Part shown: positions 1 to 7,914 of the stretch, piece by piece
How positions within the stretch are numbered: the first letter of the stretch is position 1
Layout: every line of letters begins with the position of its first letter
Source: an uncultured Candidatus Saccharibacteria bacterium
GTDB taxonomy: Bacteria > Patescibacteriota > CALEFQ01 > G965231055
Direction of reading: 5' to 3'
Assembly: GCA_965231055.1 (NCBI GenBank)
Contig: OZ246411.1
Span: forward strand, 277,041-341,040
Length of the DNA: 64,000 bases
The notes under the pieces: generated by a model
The model's database searches: none
Seen by the model: the letters and a program-made list of their open reading frames with translations, nothing else
What the model was told of the DNA's origin: nothing
Program-made: the position numbers and the translations under genes

Positions 1-828
1 AATTTCCAATAACTCTTTTTCCAAACCAAGAGATGTCAAATCTAGTTCTATTTGTTTTATGTCGTCTTCTCCATTGGGATCTTCGATTTCTGCTGTAATT
101 TTTATTTTCGTATTCGAGTTCTCTATTATATTTTCTGGAGAGTAATAAACATCCAAAATTTCTGGCGAGAAGTTTATAAATGGATTATTCTCTTTGCTTG
201 GCGTGGAGCTCTCGTCTACGTTTTTTGCCCAGTTTTCTTCCGTGTCTTCGGCTTCGAGATCAATCCTTTCTATGGATATATTTTTTCCCGGATCAAATGG
301 GATGCCGTCTAGTCCGTCATCATCTCTCTTGAGTGGATCTGCATCATCGATCGGAGTGCCAAAGGTGCTAACCATAGCCATCGCTGGATCAAATAGAGTT
401 ATCGGATCTGTTGCCGTTAATTCATTTCCTAGTGTTGTATTGGCGCAAGTAATAACTACTGAATTTTCTTCAAAACTGTATGGTTTGGTGCCATTGTTGT
501 ACTCGCTATCTAGAATCACTGCGTACTGTCTTGGTTCAAGAAGTGTGGTTTGTGTTTGTGCGTTTTCTATTTCTCCAAGAGATACAGTGTCCCATTGAAT
601 CAGGGTGTCGAGCGAATCTCCATCTGTAAATTTCCAACCACCAAGATCTACTGCTTCGTCTCCCGCATTGTAAAGTTCTATGAATTCATCTGTGTCCTCG
701 TTTTGTGCATTGGCGAGAACTTCAGAAATTACTATTGTTGGAGTTGTACTGGCTTTGATTTTGATGTTGCTTGGAACGATGCTCATAAGCATCGTGCATA
801 GCAAAATCACTGCATAAATTTTTTTCAT
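1..828 (-). CDS. Secreted lamin-tail-domain (LTD) protein, partial (runs off the window start)
   Basis: Minus-strand ATG at 828-826 preceded by GGAGGG RBS. N-terminal signal peptide, then ISEVLANAQNEDTDEFIELYNAGDEAVDLGGWKF, a canonical LTD motif. Plus-strand track ORFs 52-801 overlap it and are judged spurious. Confidence 0.55.
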   Translation of the reverse strand, partial: MKKIYAVILLCTMLMSIVPSNIKIKASTTPTIVISEVLANAQNEDTDEFIELYNAGDEAVDLGGWKFTDGDSLDTLIQWDTVSLGEIENAQTQTTLLEPRQYAVILDSEYNNGTKPYSFEENSVVITCANTTLGNELTATDPITLFDPAMAMVSTFGTPIDDADPLKRDDDGLDGIPFDPGKNISIERIDLEAEDTEENWAKNVDESSTPSKENNPFINFSPEILDVYYSPENIIENSNTKIKITAEIEDPNGEDDIKQIELDLTSLGLEKELLEI

Positions 829-940
829 TTTTCCCTCCTGTTAATGGATAAAGTACGAAGCGATAAGTGTTAAGCTTCGATTTTTAAAGTTTAGATTTAA
901 GTGTCCAAATCATTTTGTTTGGTGATTAGTGGACTATCCT

Positions 941-983
941 TCGTCGTCATCCCCGTGAAAACGGGGATCCAGACGTCGTCGTG
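941..983. repeat. Copy 1 of the GTCGTCATCCCC-hairpin element (tcGTCGTCATCCCCgtgaaaacGGGGATCCAGACGTCGTCGtg)
   Basis: Hairpin ATCCCC/GGGGAT flanked by direct GTCGTC(G) repeats. Near-identical copy in inverted orientation at 59646-59689, variants at 59474-59550 and 59749-59765. Confidence 0.6.
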
Positions 984-1372
984 ATGCTTCGCGGAGTGAC
1001 TTTTCATAACTAAAAAGTCACCAAAAGGTTTCGGGGGAGTTCAAGGTCGCTAGTCGTTTACATATTGAAAGCGCAATGATTTATAGGAAGACGCTCCAAC
1101 AGTGCGAACTCCCCCGAACCCCCTACTGATACATGAAATAGTTTATTTATGGGTTTCTACTAAATCTGACTACTTAATACTTTTTGGAATACAAAAAAGC
1201 CGTGGGAGGTCCCTTGGCTTTCTTATACCTTAGCTTGGTGTCTAAATATTAATTCCAAATTAATTATTAGTCAAGTCATAAAAAAAAGTTTGCTAAGAGT
1301 GGATTGACAATACCAATAAAAATGCTAGTTTTTAGCGTTGCGGATCGAACAAACACCAAGGAGGAGATTGCA

Positions 1373-2287
1373 ATGAGAAACCTATTCGTTCTTTTGACAA
1401 TTTGTTTTGTGTTTTCTGTTTCTTGTGGTGCCTATGATTTTTCTTCGAAAGGGCTTTTTGTCGGCAAGTATGAATACGATGGATATCCAGACGACAGCGG
1501 CGACGGAATGTTTACCGTTGCCAAGGCTGAGATGAGTATTTCATTGGTTCAGATGTATGGAAAGACAAAGGCCACCGGCTACATAAAAACTGCCGTAAAA
1601 GAAGGAAAACTTGTAGCCTCAAAATACTACTTGGGCTTATCTTCTGGCTCGAAGATTCCCATTACTTTCCAGTTGGGTGTCATTGATACGCCATTTTTGG
1701 CTTTGACCCCCGGAAGCGCGGATATTCTAACTGTTTCATACCCAATCATGGCGGATCTGCAGACTTTCTATATGTCAGGAGCTAAAATCGATGTTGCCTT
1801 GTCCAAGTTTTCTATGAAGGTTGCTGTTCTTGAACGAGAACCGGAAAAAGACAAAGAAAAGCAGTTTCAAGCTCTGTTGTGTCGTGATTTCGAGTGGGGG
1901 TTTGCGGAGGTTTATGCTGGCAGTCGGTTTGATGGTTGTAAAAATTCTTTTGGTGGAGATATCGAAATTAGGCTTCCCGTCGGCACCCTTTTCAAGGCTG
2001 CCTATATTTATGTCGATGAGGCTTGTCCGACATGTAAGCCAAAAGAATTTGTGTTTAAGCACGGTTACTATATTCTTCTGGCACAGCGATTTAGTCATTG
2101 GGTACCCCTGATTCAGTACGATTGGTACGATGAGGAATCTGAGCAAGATCAGAAAGGAATACTCGGAGGAATCAATTACTATTTTCTCAAAGACAGTGTC
2201 TGTATCAAGCTTGATTACAGAACTGATCTTGACGATTCTTCCAAGTGGAAAGTCGAAGGCGACATAGCTTACAAATTCGCTCTTTAA
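1373..2287 (+). CDS. Hypothetical secreted/lipoprotein (signal peptide with VSCG lipobox-like end)
   Basis: ORF with GGAGG RBS 8 nt upstream of ATG 1373. N-terminus MRNLFVLLTICFVFSVSCGA. No recognisable catalytic motif. Confidence 0.45.
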   Translation: MRNLFVLLTICFVFSVSCGAYDFSSKGLFVGKYEYDGYPDDSGDGMFTVAKAEMSISLVQMYGKTKATGYIKTAVKEGKLVASKYYLGLSSGSKIPITFQLGVIDTPFLALTPGSADILTVSYPIMADLQTFYMSGAKIDVALSKFSMKVAVLEREPEKDKEKQFQALLCRDFEWGFAEVYAGSRFDGCKNSFGGDIEIRLPVGTLFKAAYIYVDEACPTCKPKEFVFKHGYYILLAQRFSHWVPLIQYDWYDEESEQDQKGILGGINYYFLKDSVCIKLDYRTDLDDSSKWKVEGDIAYKFAL

Positions 2288-2347
2288 AGTTTATAAAATA
2301 AAAATGCCCAGATGTAGAAATACGTACTGGGCATTTAATTATGGAAA

Positions 2348-3364
2348 TTATTTTTTCGAGCTACTTATGATTTTTTCCGAATGATGTTTATGAGATATTT
2401 TTTCTTTGAGTTCGTTTACGAGTTCGAGTTTTGAAGGATCTTCATTGTAATATTCACAGAGTTTATATCCTAGCCACATTCCAAATATTATAGAGTAAAA
2501 AAGTTTTTCAATTTGCGTGTTTCCTTTTAGTTTTATCGTAAATGTTGTTGTTCCGCACTTATTCATTAGATCTTGAGTAACCGATTGCCTTTCCACGATT
2601 CTTTTATTGTCGCTAGGATCTTGTAATATTGCTATCGTGAAATCTTCTCCGTATTTGGAAAAGCTTACTGATTCGTAGTGGTTTACCTCTGAAAAATTAT
2701 TGAAAAAGGCTGGTCGCTTTGTATCTTCGCCTACTTCTATTCGCATTATTTTTGCCAAAACACAAAGTTTTTCTGGGCCATGAAAGACCATGTGTTTGTC
2801 TCTCGTTTGATCAGCTATGAAGAAAGCTTCTTCTTTTTGTGCATTTGCATCGAAGCGATTCATAACATCTCCCAATTCTTTTTTGAATGTAGTGATATGA
2901 AAAGTATTGGCTATTATAGATCCGATAACCGTAAAATTGTAGCCATATGACCACCTAGCTTGCATTTCTGGATATGGTTTATTGATTTTTAAAAATGGTA
3001 TTTTTGCTTGTTTACAAATTTCTTCCAAATTTCCCCCAAACCCAGTAGCAACTATATTCTCCTTTAGTCCCAAGTCTAGCGCTTGTTTTAGGTTTGTTAG
3101 TGTCTCTTCGGTTTCTCCAGAAGATGAAGAGATGATTATCAGCGAATTTTTGGACACTGTTTTGGGAAGTGAGTAGCTACTTGAAATTTCAACTTGAAAA
3201 TCAAAATATTCCTTGAAAAAATCTCCCAAAACTGAGCTTGCTCCCATTCCGCATATTACAACGTTTTCAAATTTTCTTTTCAAACTAAAATCCCCCGCCA
3301 CATCAAGTGCCTCCTTGATTTGCGATGGGAATTTTTGAATAGTGTTTTCTAGGTATTCAAACAC
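2348..3364 (-). CDS. SIS-domain bifunctional phosphoglucose/phosphomannose isomerase
   Basis: VVICGMGASSVLGDF and IIISSSSGETEETL SIS-domain motifs. Length 338 aa, typical of archaeal-type PGI/PMI. Confidence 0.65.
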   Translation of the reverse strand: MFEYLENTIQKFPSQIKEALDVAGDFSLKRKFENVVICGMGASSVLGDFFKEYFDFQVEISSSYSLPKTVSKNSLIIISSSSGETEETLTNLKQALDLGLKENIVATGFGGNLEEICKQAKIPFLKINKPYPEMQARWSYGYNFTVIGSIIANTFHITTFKKELGDVMNRFDANAQKEEAFFIADQTRDKHMVFHGPEKLCVLAKIMRIEVGEDTKRPAFFNNFSEVNHYESVSFSKYGEDFTIAILQDPSDNKRIVERQSVTQDLMNKCGTTTFTIKLKGNTQIEKLFYSIIFGMWLGYKLCEYYNEDPSKLELVNELKEKISHKHHSEKIISSSKK

Positions 3365-3374
3365 GTTTTATATT

Positions 3375-3974
3375 TTAATTTTGTTGTGTGTTTTTGATTT
3401 CTGCTCTTGCCTCTCTTTGTTCTTCGGCAAGAATTTTGTCTCCGTATTTTTTGAGGTATTTATCGTGAAGATCCAAAATAATCTTTTTTACTTCATAGGG
3501 CCTTGCGACTTGTTCAAAAATAAATCTCTCCCTTGTACTAGCTGTTTGCACATAGACGTGACCATAATTTATTATTGTTGGGAAAAATCCTTTTATTTCT
3601 GTGGTGATATCTTGGACTCTATTTATTTTTTGCTCGGAGGCTATTCTTCTAAACATGCCCTCTTGTTCTATGTTTATAATTCTTTCTGTTGTAACTATCC
3701 AAACATCAAGATAATAGTCGTTCCATATAGCAAAAAACTTTGCCCATATAAATAATCCTGCGCTTATTAGTATTACTACGATAATCGGATAAAAATCGGA
3801 TTCGGTGATTCCTGGCATGAGTCTAAGTACAAGATAATACGCTATTAGAATAAGCAATGTAAAAAAAATCAAACCAGCTACTTTTGCTCCAAGTATAAAC
3901 CAGTGTCTTCGGAGAAACAAAACTATTTTTTCGTTTTTGTATTGGCCAGGAAAATTTAGATCCTTTTTAAACAT
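3375..3974 (-). CDS. Membrane protein with bacterial PH (bPH_2/YdbS-like) domain
   Basis: Two N-terminal TM helices followed by a bPH-like segment (VWIVTTERIINIEQEGMFRR...VQDITTEIKG). Confidence 0.5.
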   Translation of the reverse strand: MFKKDLNFPGQYKNEKIVLFLRRHWFILGAKVAGLIFFTLLILIAYYLVLRLMPGITESDFYPIIVVILISAGLFIWAKFFAIWNDYYLDVWIVTTERIINIEQEGMFRRIASEQKINRVQDITTEIKGFFPTIINYGHVYVQTASTRERFIFEQVARPYEVKKIILDLHDKYLKKYGDKILAEEQREARAEIKNTQQN

Positions 3975-3977
3975 TGT

Positions 3978-4181
3978 TTAAAAAATTAGAGCCCATTCTG
4001 TGCCGAAAACATATTTCCAAGAGAAATATATGATCAGCGCGGAGATAATAAGATATATTACTGTCATTGGTTTTGTGGCATCACCCCTAAATCCAAATCT
4101 GAGCGCATGATAAATCGTGATAGAGGAGTAAACCCCAAATATCACTAGTACCAATATGTATAACCACTGAACAATATTCAT
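3978..4181 (-). CDS. Small integral membrane protein (67 aa), hypothetical
   Basis: Two hydrophobic helices. Tightly packed between the bPH gene and ruvB. Confidence 0.3.
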   Translation of the reverse strand: MNIVQWLYILVLVIFGVYSSITIYHALRFGFRGDATKPMTVIYLIISALIIYFSWKYVFGTEWALIF

Positions 4182-4226
4182 GTGTTTTGTTTAACTCTTT
4201 GTTTTGATTTTACCTCAAAGCTTTCA

Positions 4227-5276
4227 TTAAAACAACTTGCCCTTGGTAGTTATTCCTAAGTGTTTATAGGCGTGTTCCGTGACCTCCCTACCCTTTGGGG
4301 TGCGTTTTAGAAAGCCGATTTGCATCAAAAATGGCTCCACTACTTCTTCTATGGTATCTATTTCTTCTCCAGTTGAAGCAGCTAGTGTAGAGATTCCCAC
4401 TGGGCCACCCGCAAATTTTTCTATGATTGTATTTAGTATTTTTCTGTCCACATCATCAAGTCCTATCTCATCTATCGCTAGCATTTTTAGTGAGTCTTTT
4501 GTGAGTTGCTCATCAATTTTTTCTTTGTCGTTCACGGATGCGAAGTCTCTGGTTCTTCTTAAGAGTCTATTTGCGATTCGGGGAGTTTTTCTGGAGCTTT
4601 TTGAGAGTGCCCTTGCTGCTCCTGACGACATATTTATTTTAAGCGCGCTTGCTGATTGCTCTATGATTTTTTGTATGTCTTCGTCGTTATAAAAATCAAG
4701 ATGATGTGTCATCCCAAATCTGTCTCGCAAAGGAGATGATAAAAGTCCAAGTCTCGTAGTTGCTCCTACTATGGTGCATTTGGGTATTTCAAGGCGCAAG
4801 CTCTTCGCTGAAGGTCCTTTGCCTATGACTATATCTATGGCTGACTCTTCCATCGCTGGATATAGAATTTCTTCAACCATTTTATTTAGTCTATGAATTT
4901 CATCTATAAAAAGCACATCATTTTCTTGCACGTTTGTGAGTATGGATGCTAGATCCCCTGCTCTTTCTATTGCTGGACCAGAAGTAGTTTTTATATTTAC
5001 TCCGAGTTCATTTGATACGATATTTGCAAGAGTAGTTTTTCCGAGTCCAGGAGGTCCATAAAACAAAATATGTTCTATTGGTTCTTTTCTTTTTGATGCT
5101 GCCTTGATCGCGATTTTGAGATTTTCTTTTATTTTTTCTTGTCCAATAAAATGACCAAATGTTTTTGGCCGTAGTGTTTTATCAAAAGTCTTGTCTGTTG
5201 TTTTTTCTTTGGGTGAGGTTATTTTGTTGTTGTCTTTTTGAATCACGATTTTATTGTGGGTCATAGGACCCTTCAT
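4227..5276 (-). CDS. ruvB: Holliday junction branch-migration ATPase RuvB
   Basis: LRPKTFGHFIGQE, Walker A GPPGLGKTTLA, and the RuvB C-terminal winged-helix region. Confidence 0.9.
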   Translation of the reverse strand: MKGPMTHNKIVIQKDNNKITSPKEKTTDKTFDKTLRPKTFGHFIGQEKIKENLKIAIKAASKRKEPIEHILFYGPPGLGKTTLANIVSNELGVNIKTTSGPAIERAGDLASILTNVQENDVLFIDEIHRLNKMVEEILYPAMEESAIDIVIGKGPSAKSLRLEIPKCTIVGATTRLGLLSSPLRDRFGMTHHLDFYNDEDIQKIIEQSASALKINMSSGAARALSKSSRKTPRIANRLLRRTRDFASVNDKEKIDEQLTKDSLKMLAIDEIGLDDVDRKILNTIIEKFAGGPVGISTLAASTGEEIDTIEEVVEPFLMQIGFLKRTPKGREVTEHAYKHLGITTKGKLF

Positions 5277-5331
5277 ATAAGTAATCAGTATTCAGGTTCG
5301 ATTTTTATGATTACTGAATACTGAGCGCTGA

Positions 5332-6033
5332 CTATTTATTTGGTTTCCATCCTTTTTTATTCATAGCGTCCTTTGCTGCTGCTTCTTGGGCTTTTTGTTT
5401 ACTGTGTCCTTCTCCTATTCCTGCTTCCTCGTCGTTTATATACGCACCTACTTTGAAATGTCTGTTGTGATCTGGTCCGCTTTCCTCGATAACTTTGTAT
5501 TCTGGAGTGAATCCCATTTTTTCTTGTACGATTTCTTGGAATGCTGTTTTAGCGTCTATGTATAAGCCTTCTTCGATGATTTCAGGAAGATGCGCTATAA
5601 GATTTTTTATCAAAAATTGTTCGCATATATCATATCCCTGATCCAAAAACATAGCTCCCACTACTGCTTCAAAACAATTGGCGAGTATTAGGTCTCTGGC
5701 TTTTCCTTCGGCTTTTGATTCGCCTTTGCTCAAAAACAAATAGTCATTGTATCCGAGTGTCTTTGCCACTTTTGAGATCATTTCTCCTTTGACAAGACTA
5801 GACCTCCAGTTTGTGAGTTCTCCTTCTGGATTTTCGTAGTTGAGATAAAGAAATTTGGTTACGATAAGTTCCATAACAGCATCTCCTAGAAATTCCAATC
5901 TCTCATTGTGCCCCAATGGATAGTTTCTATTTTCGTTTAGGTAGGATTTATGAATAAAGGCTTGTTTGAGTAAATCTTTATTTGTAAATTCTACCCCGAG
6001 CTCTCTTTCGAGTTTGCTGAAATCTTTTTCCAT
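5332..6033 (-). CDS. rnc: Ribonuclease III
   Basis: ERLEFLGDAV catalytic signature plus a C-terminal dsRBD. Confidence 0.9.
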   Translation of the reverse strand: MEKDFSKLERELGVEFTNKDLLKQAFIHKSYLNENRNYPLGHNERLEFLGDAVMELIVTKFLYLNYENPEGELTNWRSSLVKGEMISKVAKTLGYNDYLFLSKGESKAEGKARDLILANCFEAVVGAMFLDQGYDICEQFLIKNLIAHLPEIIEEGLYIDAKTAFQEIVQEKMGFTPEYKVIEESGPDHNRHFKVGAYINDEEAGIGEGHSKQKAQEAAAKDAMNKKGWKPNK

Positions 6034-6099
6034 AAATAAAGTATTAAATGTTCAGTTTTTTATTATGAATACTGAGCGCTGAATGCTGAATATTGATTA

Positions 6100-6519
6100 C
6101 TATTGTTTTTTCATGTCGTTGTATATGCTTCCGAGTACGCCATTTACAAATCTTCCCGAAGCTGCACCACCGAAAGCTTTTGCAAGCTCTATGGCTTCAT
6201 TTATAGCTACTTTCGGAGGTATGTCGTTTGAAAATCTAAGCTCATAAACACCTAATCGCAAAATATTGCGATCAACCGGTGTGATTTTTTCTATAGGCCA
6301 GTTGGGAGCGTATTCGGCGATGACTTTGTCTATGCCTTCTATTTTTTCAATCACGCCTTTTACGGTTTCAATAGCATATTTCTCTTCTCCGGTGTCTTTG
6401 GCAAAATCTGTGAGGTTTCTATTTAGAATAAAGTCTATGTTTTCATTTTTCCTGTCGTTAAAGTCCCACTCGTAAAGTGTTTGCATAACTACTGTTCTGC
6501 AAAGGTGTCTACTGGACAT
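6100..6519 (-). CDS. nusB: Transcription antitermination factor NusB
   Basis: [17 protein letters not shown]...[14 protein letters not shown], NusB family. Confidence 0.8.
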   Translation of the reverse strand: MSSRHLCRTVVMQTLYEWDFNDRKNENIDFILNRNLTDFAKDTGEEKYAIETVKGVIEKIEGIDKVIAEYAPNWPIEKITPVDRNILRLGVYELRFSNDIPPKVAINEAIELAKAFGGAASGRFVNGVLGSIYNDMKKQ

Positions 6520-6552
6520 AAGAAAAAATTAATTTAGAAATGAAAACTAGAT

Positions 6553-6795
6553 TTATTTCTTTTTGGCTTTGGCTCTTTTTTCTCTTGCTTTTCTTTTTTC
6601 TTGCTTGATCTCTTTTCTGCTTCTAGTGTCTATCGCCATTTTTCCATTGATAAAGCCACATTCACTGCAGGCTCTGTGTGGAAGTATCGAGGCTCCACAA
6701 TTTTTGCATTTAACAAAATTGCGTCTTTTTATAGCATGATGAGATCTACGGGTTCTGGTTCTTGTTTTCGAGGTTTTTTTCTTTGGTACTGCCAT
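6553..6795 (-). CDS. rpmF: 50S ribosomal protein L32 with lysine-rich C-terminal extension
   Basis: MAVPKKKTSKTRTRTRRSHHA and a CxxC...CxxC zinc ribbon. Unusual ~25-aa K/R-rich tail. Confidence 0.8.
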   Translation of the reverse strand: MAVPKKKTSKTRTRTRRSHHAIKRRNFVKCKNCGASILPHRACSECGFINGKMAIDTRSRKEIKQEKRKAREKRAKAKKK

Positions 6796-7031
6796 TTTTG
6801 GTCAATTAAGTGTTAAGATTAGCAATTTTGAATCTGATTTTTGGGTTTCAAACTCTTAATTACTGATTACCTTATGTATTTTACCTTAAATTTGATGTTT
6901 TTTCAAGGGATAATCCTCGCTATACTGCCTTGATACAACTTTTGTGTCAAGTTTCAATCTTGCAATTTAAAAACCCTTTTGGTATTGTTTGCTTAATCTA
7001 AACCGTTCTTTGTGAAAGAAAGGAGTGCATT

Positions 7032-7460
7032 ATGGGTAGTCTTAATGGTTTTCTTAGCAGTTTAATCGGCAAAGATATTGAGTTGAAATGTCGGATTGAA
7101 TTGTGGCATTACATTTGTCATCTGGATGCAGATGGCAGAACCAACCTGAAAGAAGGTCCGTTTTCTTCCGATGATTTGGTTTACGCCTCCGCCACCATTC
7201 CTGACAAAGGTGACGGAAAAAGAGTTGAGGACATTTTGGTGATGATTGTTGTTGAGGATAATTCGAGGATAGCCTTTCAAATCTTAGAAGAAGCGATCTC
7301 TCTCGAAAGTGTAGATAGAATAGTGGCCGCAAGATATATTGCGAAAAACATTTCTGAAAAACTTTCGTCCGAAGAGCTCGAATTTCTCAGGAAATTAGGT
7401 GTTGATGTCTTGAAGCATCTTTGCAAAAAACGAGAAGAACCCAATACAGACGACGTTTAG
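7032..7460 (+). CDS. Hypothetical protein (142 aa), higher-GC cassette gene
   Basis: AAGGAG RBS. Own terminator hairpin at 7484-7511. Opposite strand to the flanking minus-strand housekeeping genes. Confidence 0.4.
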   Translation: MGSLNGFLSSLIGKDIELKCRIELWHYICHLDADGRTNLKEGPFSSDDLVYASATIPDKGDGKRVEDILVMIVVEDNSRIAFQILEEAISLESVDRIVAARYIAKNISEKLSSEELEFLRKLGVDVLKHLCKKREEPNTDDV

Positions 7461-7589
7461 TTTCGTACATTTAGTTATTACATAAAACCCATCCATGGTG
7501 TGATGGGTTTTTAAAATGCCTTGATTTTATTTCTGAACTAGCGTATTTTGATTTTGCTCATTTAATCTTTGCAAAAAAGAGGAGGTTAT

Positions 7590-7802
7590 ATGCCTGGTTT
7601 CTGCATTCCTTGGTTTGTGATGTCTACTCACTTGCATGCTGATGAAGATTGTTTTGATCGAGATTATGTGCAAGTTGGCAATGTTGACGACTTGGGTGTC
7701 CCGATGGAAGTATTTAAGGGATCCATGAATTTCAAGAATCCGCCACAAAAAATCCCAAAACCTACTTTCCAAGCAAAACCCCCATTTCACCGCAAAGGCT
7801 AA
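7590..7802 (+). CDS. Hypothetical small protein (70 aa)
   Basis: AAGAGGAGG RBS 7 nt upstream of ATG 7590. Terminator hairpin 7831-7856. Confidence 0.35.
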   Translation: MPGFCIPWFVMSTHLHADEDCFDRDYVQVGNVDDLGVPMEVFKGSMNFKNPPQKIPKPTFQAKPPFHRKG

Positions 7803-7914
7803 TCGCATTATTTCTTCGTTCTTTAACACAACAAGACCATATGGTCTTGTTTTCTTTTGCACATAATACAATTATTATAATAGGCTAGTCCTTTTGGATC
7901 TAGCCTATTGATAG

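Noticed and set aside
52-801. Plus-strand track ORFs 52-312, 194-598 and 550-801.
   Set aside because: They lie antisense to the much better-supported minus-strand LTD gene (RBS and signal peptide). They have no RBS and low-complexity Ser-rich translations, so they are treated as spurious.
5316-5331. Considered the shared 16-mer a LexA/SOS box because ruvB and nfo are repair genes.
   Set aside because: It matches neither the CTGT-N8-ACAG nor the CGAACRNRYGTTYC consensus. rnc is not an SOS gene. It is kept only as an unexplained shared promoter motif.
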